Shown here piece after piece: positions 1 to 12,238 of a DNA stretch of 64,000 bases. Each line of letters starts with the position of its first letter. Position 1 is the first letter of the stretch. The notes beneath the pieces are model-generated. The model was given only the letters and a program-made list of their open reading frames with translations. It was not told where the DNA came from and made no database searches. Position numbers and translations under genes: made by a program. Origin of the DNA: Yuukianura sp. NJ FZ-2021 (Eukaryota); contig CM102288.1 of assembly GCA_046563655.1 (NCBI GenBank), forward strand, positions 4,774,001-4,838,000, written 5' to 3'.

Positions 1-3000
1 CTTGACGCTGAAGCAGGAATGTTGAAATGCGTTGCGTCCACAGAGGTGGCACTCTTGAGCGCCTGAATTTGGTCCACACTGAGGAACGACAAAAGTTTTG
101 GATTAGCCATAACTCGTTTGGCGGTGACATACGTCAAATTTCCAAGATGTGCTGGAGTTAGGCTCTGAATTTGTTGCGGTGTCATTTCCTGGACAGCCAG
201 ATGGTGGAGTCCTTCCAGGGCCAAGGGCGAAATTGATGCAAGTGCTTCAGGCGTTAATCCTAAACACACACAAAAAGCAATCGTAAGTTCTTCAGAAATC
301 TGTCACAATTTCAAAATCCGATGCATTTGAAAGACAAAATTAAAAAGCAGTTTCGAAGTATTGTCAACGTACCTGCCACTACAACCCCGACCGTATTGAC
401 ATCTTCAATCGTCCAAGCGTTCGGAGGACCAAAATTGGTGGGCTGGACAGCATAGTGTGCCAGAACAGATAACGTCTGAGGTTCACATCCTTGGAGCCTT
501 CCAAGTAAAGGACTCACGTACAAGAACATCGTCGGAGAAGAATCGAACATAATTTTCAACACAGTTTCGCTTAGGCCACAGACGATATTTCCAAGTGACC
601 ATATCGTGGCCCTCATCAAATGTTCTTCAACTGGACGAACTTGTGTAGTATCGAGGCCATTGTCTTTCGTAAACTTGTCACCAATCACCTTCAGCTGAAA
701 TCAGAATCCACAGAATTTCAAAAAACTTTTCCTTCGTTTTTTTTTTAAATTTGTTTTTACTAACCATTACAGGATCCGTAATTTGTGATCCAAGAACAGA
801 AACGCTGTCCAGGTTGAGCGGCACAGAAAGGTCAATGGCCGAAATGTCAAAAGGAGTCAAGTTGTCCTTGCTTCCAGAATCAATAGAACTGAACAATCCA
901 TTGGCAGCATTTGCATGTCCCGATGTTGACAGAGCCGTGACCAAATTTCCGAGTTCAATGAGGTTTACAGTAGTAAGAGCCTGGGTAGTTAAATTCAACT
1001 TCTGTTTGTACACTCGTAGTATTTCACGCTTCGCTGATTCACTCCAATCCACAAATCCAATTGTTTCAATGCAGTCACGCAAGTCATTTGGGTGCAGCGA
1101 TGCCAAATCCCGTGGTATGACACCGATTGCTGCAGGTCCGGCGGCTTTAATTCCCAGACATGTCAACTATTAGACAAAAACCAAACCAAAAGAATAATGT
1201 ATTCAAAAAGTTTAAATTTTACGGCGTAACGGCCAATTGGATGCAATAAAAATTCATACCTTAGGCTCCTGATTGTCCAAAATCGATCTTATACGTTCAT
1301 CATTTTTCACGGGACGAGCTGCTTGTGCTCCAGTTGGTGGTGGTTGCTGAGACTGGCCAGGTTTCGACTGTGGTGGCTGTTGAATTTTTGGTGCCGGTGG
1401 CTGTTGAAATTGTGGTGGCGGTGGCTGTTGAAATTGTGGTGCCGGTGGCTGTTGAAACTGTGGTGGCGATGGCTGTTGAAACTGTGATGGTGGCTGTTGA
1501 AATTGTGGTGACAGTGGCTGTTGAAATTGTGGTGGTGGTGGCTGTTGAAATTGTGGTGGTGGTGGCTGTTGAAATTGTGGTGGCGGTGGCTGTTGAAATT
1601 GTGGTGGTGGTGGCTGTTGAAATTGTGGTGGTGGTGGCTGTTGAAATTGTGGTGACGGTGGCTGTTGAAATTGTGGCCGTGATGGCTGTTGAAATTGTGG
1701 TGGCGGTGGCTGTTGAAATTGTGGTCGTGGTGGCTGTTGAAATTGTGGTGGTTGTGGCTGCTCTCTTGGAGGGGTCGATGGATGTGGCGTCCGTCCCGTT
1801 TGAGTAGCCATTGTTTCTGGCAAGTGAGGATGGACGATTGGAGGTTGTTGTTGTCTTGGATCCATTTGACCTTGAACCATGCCTGGAGGTTGTTGTTGTC
1901 TTGGATCCATTTGACCTTGAACCATGCCTGGAGGTGGTGGCATCGGAGCTTGCCTTCTGTACCTCTGAGAATCAAAATCCAGCGTTTCCTGGCCGCATAC
2001 CAAGGAATCTTGCGTCCGAACACAATCACCCATCGGTGCTTCTCTTGCAACTCGCCTTGCATTTACTGTATGCTGCATTTTCTGTACAAAGTTCACCATC
2101 ATTTCCGATCCCAGGACGTACTTACGCATCAGAGCCAAGAATGAGTCTCTGTAATCTGATGAATGCGGAAGCAAAGAGACGCAGGCACGTCCAAATGTAA
2201 CTGGCTCTGCCTTTTCGGGCAAGTGTACTGGAAAGTTGAGTCCAGATCCTTCAAGGAGCGGAGTAATGACACGCCCAATTTCAGCTACTGACAACTTTCC
2301 AATATCTTCCAGATTGAGAGCAACCAGCAAATCACCAATTACCACCAAATCTGCACTCTTCCAGGCTGACACATCCGGTCCAAACACGTTCTTCAGAGTA
2401 GCCGTCCATTCTTCCTGTCCAGTACGATCTAAACAACAGGATTTGGATCCTGGAAAAGTCTTGGACTCCAGAAGTTGTCGAACAGCAACTTTTGAAAAAT
2501 TTCCCTTGAGAAGATCGGCGTAGCAGAACAAATTCCCCATTTTCACTAGCGATGCAGTGTCAGGTAAGGCAGAGTCAACAGGTTGACCTGGTTGGTTCGA
2601 AATCGCTGAAATGTCATTCAGCAGCAGCGATCCATAACGCCTTAGCGCTGAAGTGTGAAGTAGAAGCAGCAGGTCAAAGTTCTCCATTTGTCCAATTTCA
2701 ATCAGAACTTCTCTGCGGATATTTTCTTGCAAGTTTTCCAGACCTTGTATTGGAATTCCACTGAAGATTTCACCTGAAAAGATGAAAAAAAAAATTAAAA
2801 ATCAAAAAGTAAGCATGCATGCTATGGTTGTGAAGCAATTGAGTGCTAAACGGATTGATTTTTTTTTTGCTTTATTTTGAACAATTTTACTTACCCCCGA
2901 TTAGCCCAATTTCATTCATCTCCAGTCGACTAAGTACATTAGTTCCAGTATCGCCAGGTTTAGTTGCGAGGTGCAACAAGAGAGCATCCAGAGCACAGTC

Positions 3001-4305
3001 CCTCAGGTTAATTGGAAAATTTAAATTAGGAATTTGCTTTCGATTTGCATGAAACTGATTGATGAACATGTCCAGAAATGGAATAATCTCGTCATGTGGA
3101 AGACTCTGGATCTGATGACAGTTGACTCCCATCAAGGCTAGACTGGCTAAATCACTTGTAGCATTTCTGGATCGGAGATTCTGGACAGACAGACTATCAC
3201 CTCCCAACAGAGTTTTCAACAGACTTGATAAGAAGTTGGTCGGCAGGAGTCTGACCTTGGCAAGGTTAAGTTCATTCCGACGGGCAGTAAAGTCTGTCAG
3301 AGCTCTCACAAATACTGGCATGTTTTTCTGTAGTATAGGAAGAGGGAAGACGGTCATCAGTTCATCAGGATCGTCTGTTCCAAGTATCATGGTCACTGCA
3401 TTGGGGTCATTGAGTCTCGGAATCAACTTGGCAGCGATGAATGCCTTTTGAGACGGCAGCATTCCAGAAGTCTGGCTCACGAGAGCTTTGAGAACTTGAG
3501 GATTCAAGGGCCTCCCCAGAGCAACACTTATGTTGAATGTTGGAATTCCTTTGATCAATTGTGGCTGGAGAGACAGGACGTAGTCGTGTGGACTGTGGCT
3601 GGGCAGTGTCGGCAAGAAGTCGGCCATTATTTGCCAAATCCGAAACGTACTGAGTGGCTGCGTGTTGACTTGTGACCCGAGATTAATGATTGAGGACATT
3701 TGAAGGGGGGCCCTTGGAGTGCCTGGGTTAACGAAACTGCTTCCGTTTGTAAATCCTGGTGGAAGTGGAGGAGACAATAGTTGAACTGGACTTGGTTGAG
3801 CGCGGAATGAGCCTCCAGGCACTTGAGGACCAAATGGCTGACCTTGCTGGAATCGTTGGTTTTGACCTTGTGGGGACTGTCGAAACGGTCTTTGTTGGAG
3901 CTGTGGTTGCTGACTTTGTCGTGACACTGGAACTTGACCTGGCTGGAATTGCGATGATCCTGGACTTTGTTGGAATGATGGTCGACTTCCTGGTGGAAAC
4001 GAAGTTCCTTGACCTTGCGGACCCTGCGGAAATGTTCCAGACTGGGATGATGGCCCTTGACCTTGTGGAAATGCTGTTGCTGATGGCGGTGGACCAAATT
4101 GTTGACCTTGGATTCGACATATTCCTACGAAAAAAGAAACAAAAGAAATTCAACACCAAACCAACACTACTTTTTTTTTTCATCAAAAATTGACACAATC
4201 AGTGAAATTCTTACCTAAACACAGTGAAAATAAAATCGCTGACTGCAGAATTGGCGTAACCCGCAATGGAGGTTTGTTCGTCCTCCAATTCGGATTGATC
4301 CACAT
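1..4305 (-). CDS. Stereocilin/otoancorin/mesothelin-superfamily secreted protein with Pro/Gln-rich inserts; 3' end lies beyond the left edge
   Basis: Manually spliced GT-AG exons 4305-4215, 4124-2895, 2773-1260, 1166-765, 694-373, 259-<1. The N-terminus MWINPNWRTNKPPLRVTPILQSAILFSLCLG|ICRIQG looks like a signal peptide. Repeated family-type motifs: 'LKNVFGPDVSAWKSADLVVIGDLLVAL', 'LIELGNLVTAL', 'FGPPNAWTIEDVNTVGVVVAG'. Confidence 0.7.
1375..1755 (-). repeat. Coding 24-nt tandem repeat, about 16 copies, encoding PPPPQFQQ
   Basis: Unit ggtggtggctgttgaaattgtggt repeated on the + strand with point variants and one 21-nt unit; in frame with ORF 1254..2732. Confidence 0.95.
1840..1935 (-). repeat. 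Exact 45-nt coding duplication (PPGMVQGQMDPRQQQ x2)
   Basis: ggaggttgttgttgtcttggatccatttgaccttgaaccatgcct occurs twice in tandem. Confidence 0.9.
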
Positions 4306-5880
4306 CTCCGTAGGGTGTTGACGACCTCGTGGAACTGGGAACAAACTGAATTGAACTTGAACAGAGTAAGAGATCCACCTTGTCCAGGAAGTCCAGAGAG
4401 CTCGACTGACGTGTGTGTTGGTTACTGAAGGTCAAAGGCTTCTTCCCTGACGAATCACTTGGACACGTCGACATCATGCCTCCCCTCCTACTAATCTCAC
4501 CTGTAATAGTCAAATTGAGACTTTTATGAACTTATCTCAGAAATTAAACTTCTCAACCAGGGTCAAGGAACGATTTACCTGATAATCAAATCCATCATCA
4601 GTCTTCCAGAGTCCCCTCGCTTTGCTGTTAACTTTGCAGTGACAATTATTGTTACTTACTCCAATTAGTTAACTATTCACTATTTAACCAATAACACAAA
4701 CATAATGGAATGGAGAGGAGAGTAAAAAAACATTTCAACTTTTCATGACTCATGTTCATATAAACTCAAATGAAAAATGAAGTTAGACGACGACGATTGA
4801 TGTAAACGGTAATGGGATCTTTCATGGTGACATTGAAACCTACCCCGCATTTTTTAAAGTTTTTGTTATGTGACGTAGATGAGTTTCAATTTTAGAAAAT
4901 TGGATTTTTTTTAAACTTTTTTTTTAAGAAAAAAGTAGAAGTGGAAAACGTTATTGAAAAAGTGAAAGTGATCTTGTAGAGGGATTAGTGATCTGTTTGT
5001 TGGCTGTGATTGTGGCTTACCAGCTTACCACCTCTACCCCATACAGTTAAAATTTCCCACAATCCAATTAGTAATTGAATTAAAACTTCATTGTCCCACT
5101 CCACCAGAAGAGAAAAGAGAATGTGGGAGAAAGCACTAAAACTTTTGCCCTTTTCTCAATTTACTCAACTTTTACATCATTTTCATTTAGAGTTCGTTTT
5201 CGTTTCCCACTGAAGTATATCAAGTGGAAAGATTACTTTCTCTCTCTCTCCCACCACCACTAGTGCAAAACAATTAAAAAGAGATCAACTAGCGACTTAG
5301 GGCAGTCACACACTCAATCCCTGCACTTATTCCTCCGCTCCATTTGACCTCTGACTTCTACAAACAGTCACAACGAGTTACGGAAAAAAAGAGACGAGGA
5401 ATGCTCTTGACCCACTGACAATGGCTACTTCCTGGAATTCAGTTCCTGGAAGGGTCAATGTCAGTGGCTTACAATGACCACAATTTTGTAGAGCGTGTAA
5501 TCGGAATTAACTGTCTCCTTTCACATTGTGCTTCCCCCGGGGTCAAGGCACTCTTTTCGTCTTTTCCAAAAACTACGTCACAAATTACAATGGAGAAAGC
5601 ATACGTCAGAGTCCCGTCAACAAATATGAGGATTTACACTGCCATTTTCAGGCTGGAACTTCCAGAAATTAGTTTTGCATAAGAGGCATTCCAGGATAGG
5701 CAGGGTTTCATTCATTTCTACTAAAAAAAAGTTTCCTGAATTCATATAAATCCATTTCGAAAATACTTAAGTAAATTGAATTCTGGAAATTCTAAAGACT
5801 AACATAAGACGTTTAAGATTGTCCTTCTCTCTACGAACTAAAAAAAATCAAACGAATCCTCACCGATTAAGGGGCTACAT

Positions 5881-7104
5881 TTACATTTTCTTGATGCAAA
5901 TTCCATATGGGCGAATGCTGCTTTCCTTTTCAGTGATCCAATACTCCCCCTGACCTCCAGTGTCTTCTGTAGTTAAAATCCGAATGTCGTCCGGATTCAC
6001 CCTGTTTTGAACCACGGCGATGTAATTTTCACCGTCAAGTTCGAACTTCGAACCATAACGTTCCGCTACAGAGATGTCCGGCGTAGTGTAAATTCCAACG
6101 CGAAACGCAAATCGTTTTCCCTTGCCGAGTAAAAATCCGTCTTCAGCAATGGACTTCATTTCGTGAAGATCTGTTCCGTGGTATGACACTGCAGATCAAA
6201 AGCGGTCAGTTACATCAACAATGACTTACAGTTACAATTACAGTAAATACCAAATACTTGTGTATGTTTATAAACGAAAAAAAAGGACCAACCTGGCCAT
6301 TCTCCTTTCACTGAAGAAATGCCCGATTTTCTTTTTCTACTGCAGCACGCCCCAAGCCAAGCTGTATAAAACATTTTTAAAATCAATACTAATAGAAAAA
6401 AGCGTTGTTTTGTTTTATATTTTGCGAATTCATGGCGTACCGTTACAGTCTTCGTAGCGGTCGAGAACGTTCAAAGCGATGCGGATCCATCCATACGGCC
6501 TGCGATATATAAACTTCCCTCGGAAATACACAGATTCGTCTTCGATGCCTGTAAAATCGTAGTCAAATCGCGAATCTCTGAAATCGGGTGACAAGTACTG
6601 CGTTACTGGACATCCTTCGGGTCTCATTTTCAAAACGAGATGAAGTATCGAGTCCGGTTGAATATTGTAGTGCTTTAAAGGACGCCCATCTTCCAACCGT
6701 TTACCAGCAAACAGGATGAGTCGCTGTTGATCCGCAGGAATTCCTTCTGTGTCTTGTATTTTCGACCGAATGTTCTCAATAGTGTCCATCTTGTTGAAGC
6801 CCAAAGTTATGGTTTTTCCACTCAAAGTCTTTACGTACAGGACTTTACTCCCTCGGAGTACCGAGGTCGCAGCCACTGGCTGTCTCTGGGGCGTGTTGGC
6901 GTTGCTCGGTTCGCAACTAACGTCGTCTTTCATCAGCTGAGTCAAATGTAATGAAAGTAGGTTGACCTCCTTAACGTCACATTCAGTCACGTGAACTACG
7001 CCGTAGTTACGTACGGACAAGGACACAGCCTGTTCTCTACTGGCGGTGATTTCTACTTTAGTTATTGCAGACAACGCAGCAGCCAACAGGTCATCAGACG
7101 CCAT
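5881..7104 (-). CDS. Ubiquitin-like domain fused to a NEURL4/Gig2-type ADP-ribosyltransferase (ARTD-like) domain
   Basis: Exons 7104(start may lie further upstream)-6441, 6361-6293, 6188-5881 join in frame. Ub domain: [12 protein letters not shown]...[27 protein letters not shown]...LHLVL. It is followed by [56 protein letters not shown]. Confidence 0.8.
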
Positions 7105-8085
7105 TGTCGAGCTGCGGTTTTCACGCAGTAGCTCAGTAGCTGCAATGCTGTCGCTGTGCACTTTGGTACTGTATCGGGTCTTCTGGAAGGATTCTGGAAA
7201 ATGAAGGAATGAAACGTTTACCATGTTGTTAAAGAAATACGACTAAACTTCCATGCATAACTTAATATTTCAAATTCTTAAAAATTAATCGAGAAGTACT
7301 CACATGTTCTACTTGACGATTGAGTATATTAATTACTAATTGGTCCTTGTCAAGGTCGTCGTCTCCTTCCCCGTTCGCTTTTTGGACAAAAGACAAAACG
7401 TGCTTAATATGTAACGTTTTCACAATGTTTTCTCTTTGTTTATCTTAACTACTTGACTTAAGGATTAGCCCGAACAGTGTGCCCACTCTCGCCGTTGTGT
7501 GTGGCCGGCCACATAGGCGGCTACCGCTAAATGTCGACGTATAAAACCACTATTAGATAAACTTGTCTAACCTACCACAACATGGCATAATAAGTTGTCG
7601 TACAGTGCAGCCTTTAACTGCTGTAAAAGTAAAATCGATTGTTGTAGCCGCAATTGCTCCTCCAGCACTGCTGGACCAGCAGCATTGTAAGACTACAATG
7701 GTAGTCGTTAAACCTTACTCTAACCTAAAAGTGTGTTCCTATCCTTTGTTTGGTGCATGGATTTCATATGCTCGCGCGGAAACAAAACGAATCTCACAAT
7801 GCCCCGAAACACTGCAAGATCTATGAACTTAAATGTATTTCAGTAAATTTTTGTGCCAATTTATTTACTATTTGCAAATTTTGAACGCTTATGGAGTTAA
7901 CCGACGCGTATGAAGTTCCTACGGATGTATACACGACATTCCGTATAAAATGAAAGCATTTTTAATTGAAAAATTAATTTAACTTAAAGTCAAATTTAAT
8001 AACAATTAATTTGTGTTCCTAATTTTAAAAAAGATAGCTCGCGATGGGTATTAGTTCAACAATTAGCCAAATTTAAAGGGTGAGT

Positions 8086-9854
8086 TCAACTTTTGGACAC
8101 AAATGTTCCATGAACCCCTTGAGGAATGTGGCAGTTGACATAGCCACGCCCAATTTCGGTCATTGACTTTGCGTCAAGAATCAGCAGAAAGTCTTTGCCT
8201 GCGTCAACACTTCCGTCAGTCACAACGGCACTTAGCAAAACACCATCATCTTCCGCAGTTCCATTAGGATTTGGCACAAAAACCGCCTCTCCAACATAAT
8301 ACGAGTTTGATTTCCGCCATGTCTTGACCTTTGTCGTCGTTTCTCCCCGAGTGTCAATCTTTGCTATACTGTTTCTCCAAATACCATTGGTCACTGATCC
8401 AGTACAGTAGAAATAGCGATACTGTTTGGCCAAGAACTGTCTGTTGATTGTCGGCAAGTCCAGACCAGGAAGACTCAGAATTTGCGGAGTCAGAACAATT
8501 TTTGAGCCTAACTTGACTGCTTTAGCAGAAGTTTTTACATCCGATATCAAGTTGACTTCCGTTGTTACATCCAGGTCACTGGTGACCCCCAGGGGAATGA
8601 CGAAGCGTTCGGCTTGTGGAAGGTCATCTTCTCGAAACGTTCCTCTGCGCAGATTGTCCACTGTCATGCTCTGGAGAACGGATGGATTTGGACTTGTAAA
8701 GAGGTCAATCACAATGTGACCGTTGACCTCAAAGGCATTGATGACATGCAGGAAGAAAAATGGAGTCACGGAGATGAAGTTCGTCTTGATCAGTTTCCCG
8801 CTCGATTTTTCAATTATGAGGAAGTTATTGGTCAAGTCGGGTCGCCAGTCGAGCCAATCAGAAATGGACTTGTTCTTGGTCAGGGCTCCACCCAGGACGC
8901 GTGACACGACGTACACGTACGGTTGCTCAATAATGACAATGTAGTTCTTGGTCATCGCAAAACTGTGATTGAAACTCATCAGTCCGTTCCAACTTTAACA
9001 AAAAATTGGAAAAATTATCAAAAACTACAAAATCAAAAACACAATCTCCAGATTTTGTTTCAAAATATACCTGGATGGCACTGAAGCTATAATTTTAGAA
9101 TTTTTGAAAGTGTTCATAGCTGAGTCGGTGGCTGCCACAGTAATCGGTGGAGTTCGGATAACGTTATACTTAAGTCCAGTCATGATTGAAGGACCGACGT
9201 TGTATGTCACCCCGTCGTCATCTGTCAACGGATGACATGTCATGGAGTTTAGGCCAAACAGTTTGAAACTGTCAAATTTTTCAGTAGTTTCCAAACTCTC
9301 CAAATCTATCGTCCGAAAATGACAAGTTTCATGAGAAGCAAACAATTTAGATCCCAATTGATATGCCGCCAAATTGCAATTGTCAGTGAGTGGTGGTACC
9401 TGTTTAAAAAAAAACAATCAAAATTTCTAAATTTTTCAACAAACTTAAAATTTCAAATTTTCTTGAAATTGTGATTTTCACTTACAATGTTTGGCATTAT
9501 TCGCGAAAAGAATCCGCGCCCCGGATCGGGAAATCCGCGTGTGCCGAATTCACAAACGGTTGGACGACCGCTCAACTCCGCTTTTGCCTTAGCGTCACTT
9601 TTGAGCAACTTTTTATGAAAAGTGATCTGCGTCGGCGTTATGTCAAACCTGCTGAGAACTGCGTATCCATCAAAGATGTGTTTCATCTGGAACGTGTTTC
9701 CGGTGACCCCGAGGTCAAAGACTCCTGGCCCTGACCTTACAAATGACCCCTCCAGCCATCCTGGAATGGATCCTTCAACTTCCGTGACCTCTGGTTGGTC
9801 CAATTCTTCAGTGGTCCTGAAGACACGAGCCAAAGGGAACTTGGAATCTCGCAT
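8086..9854 (-). CDS. Carotenoid cleavage oxygenase (NinaB/BCO/RPE65 family), copy 1
   Basis: Exons 9854-9486, 9399-9071, 8992-8086. Motifs GSIPGWLEGSFVRSGPG, HIFDG, EFGT...PDP and EDDGVLLS. Four Fe-binding His in TCHP, FNHSF, FLHVINAFE, GVHGTF. Confidence 0.92.
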
Positions 9855-10180
9855 GTTACCGATCTTATGCAACTTTTAACAAGAACTGATGGACTCATGG
9901 CATTACCACTCTCATTTTCTGTCTCGATCTTCAAGGATGCCCGGTTTTGGCTTAAGCACAAATTAGCACGACCTTCTTGGAAGTTGATTGAGAGTTCATA
10001 CATTCAAGATCGTCGCAGTTAGCAACTTGTTTTTTGTTTGCTTCTGAATTTGATCTTCCTACGTCAAGTCAGGCCATGGACAACATCTCTACACCCCAAA
10101 ATCCTCAAACGAATTCAAATTAACAAGAAGTGGGATTCCTATGTGACTTCACTCGAATCTTTGGCAAAAAAATTAAATCT

Positions 10181-10467
10181 GGAGTTTTCATTTATAAATA
10201 ATTTATAGAATTTATAGTTATTGTGTATAGAATTTAGAGTATATATAATTTACGCGTGTATAGGAACGTCACTTTTCAAACTTTTGGGAATTACAAAACT
10301 TGCAACCATGACTCATTGGTTCCATAAACGAGAAAAGTTTAGAAAGTGGCGTCACAGACTTGAAATCGACCAATCACGGAAGCCGTAACAAAGTGAATGG
10401 CAGGGTTTAAAGAGGCGGGACTTCCTGAATTCTATAAATTCTATAAATTGTTTATAACGCCAACTCC
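10181..10467. mobile_element. MITE-like element with ~36-bp imperfect terminal inverted repeats (family A, copy 1)
   Basis: Left ggagttttcatttataaataatttatagaatttatag; right ctataaattctataaattgtttataacgccaactcc (reverse complement ggagttggcgttataaacaatttatagaatttatag). A related copy lies at 28687-28986. Confidence 0.7.
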
Positions 10468-11326
10468 TTATTATGTATTTTGCTATGTACAAATATGTCC
10501 AAGCTGTTCTGCTTTCAAGAAAGGCAGACTGAGTTCTTCTCTAGTGACCTCGTGTGACCTTGAACTGTTCCTTCAGAGGAAGTTGAAATGTTTTAGAATT
10601 TGATTAAGCTGAGGTGCAATGAAGGGGCCTAGGGGCCTTGTCCTTCAACTTCCTTCGCTCCTTAATTGAATTGCGCCCTCAACACAACTTCCAAAGTGCC
10701 ACATGAAGTTGTTAACCTAATAAACCTCAAAACCTCAACCTAATCTCTCGCATCTTGAAGAATGAACATCTTCAAACACTTCCACAACTCTCCAATTTCC
10801 GCTTTTAAAATCCAATTTTTGGCAGAAAAGTGGCATGGATTTTTGAAAGTGTAAAAAAATATGCAAAAAATTCCATCTCCTTTTCCTCGTTGAAAAAAAT
10901 GAAACTCGTTATGGCTAGAGAACGGAGAAGGTCAGAAGGTCACGTTTCAAATTCAGTTCGGGGAATTGTATTCAGAATCATCGGAATTTTCCACACTGTG
11001 AGCAAATTCCGTGGAACCCTTAAGGGTCCCTACTCTCTAGTGTCATACTAAATCAGAGACAAAGTGAAAGTCGTAATGGAATTCACAGTGGGAAAGGAGT
11101 GGAGAAAGTCACGGTAATTGGACGCCGTGCTTTCTCTCTGTTGCAACTAAATTGGATCTAACAAGTCCCGTTTCCCATTTCATATTTTTAGAATTTCATA
11201 AATAAAATCAAACTGAACGGAAAAAGTTATTCCGCAGCTATTTTTGGCATCTATTTTCACAAATCAAATCATCACGTGTTTCAAAATTTCAAATTTTAAA
11301 TCATTTTCTTCCGTTGTTAACAATTT

Positions 11327-12238
11327 TCACAAATCGCAAATACATGGAACAGGAAATACAGTCAAGTATAAAACTCTGATAAAAGTCAGTCCGAGAATCA
11401 CTTTTTGCCACATTTTGCGTCTTTTGCGCGGTTGATAACGCAGGATTGTTGCGTCCATGGAGCGTAATCGGTAGAGCGGGAATCTTGAAATCACGTAGCG
11501 ATCTTCCACGACTTCGTATTCTGATGCCGGATCTTTACTGATGTCATATGACACCAGAATGCCCAGAGCCGCTAACAAAAACGGTGGCCAAAACCAGTGT
11601 CGCTTGTGTGGGAACAGGAATGACAGGACGCATGCGACGATACAGTTTTTGTAAATGAGTCGATGGACAAAGTTGGCCACAATCATGTATCGATGTAGTC
11701 TGCGTCCCATTTGCGCAGGTTCACACACGACATACGTCGTTTCCTGTTCCATCGCGACACAAATTGACGTCCATTCTTCCACTTTGTCATTCAGTTCACT
11801 CTCTTCGATAATCAGAATTCGTTCGTCAGTGTATGTCCAGAGTGACATCTCATAAAGATCATGTATCCCTGTTCGTGGCCACTCACATTCATGCACTCCA
11901 TCGCGCCGACGCGTAGTATCTCGTTTTCCTAGAGCTCGAAATGCGTCGTCCTTGACATAGGCATAGCCTTCGGGCAGTACTGGATAAATGGCGTTTGGAG
12001 GTCGATGAAGCCAAGAATCCGTCACATGATCCCCGATTTGGTTATGTCGACGGCCACTTTGGAAATAAGATTTGGCGAATCGCTGAATTTGTAAAGTACG
12101 GACTTGTTGGTAGAGCGGGAGGTCGAGAGAGTGATGCAGCCCTGTTGCCGAAGCATGCGTGTAGCCTCCGTGGCCATAAGCACTGTAACTGTTGAAATCA
12201 AAACTGCGCTGCTGCCGCTGTTGTGTCGAGTCGTCCAT
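11327..12238 (-). CDS. Divergent intronless TMEM11/PMI-like mitochondrial membrane protein with long N-terminal extension
   Basis: The C-terminal ~170 aa align by eye with TMEM11: [32 protein letters not shown] ~ [55 protein letters not shown] ~ DPCCKYQVEYDAYKLSRLPLHTL. Three hydrophobic segments; single ORF, first ATG at 12238. Confidence 0.7.
   Translation of the reverse strand: [303 protein letters not shown]

Noticed and set aside
1375..1755. Regular repeat array resembling CRISPR
   Set aside because: No unique spacers, the array is coding, the context is eukaryotic and there are no cas genes.
1307..2200. His-rich (HHHNFNS) and Val-rich (VAVEIVV) ORFs
   Set aside because: They are alternative-frame and antisense readings of the PPPPQFQQ repeat; only the Pro/Gln frame joins the flanking exons.
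4211..4513. 100-aa ORF MTITGEISRR as first exon of the stereocilin-like gene
   Set aside because: Wrong phase for the next exon; a different frame starting at ATG 4305 gives a signal peptide and correct splicing.
7563..7826. 87-aa ORF downstream of a TATAAAA next to the Ub-ART gene (possible partner or immunity gene)
   Set aside because: Non-ATG start and no recognisable domain; cannot be supported without expression data.
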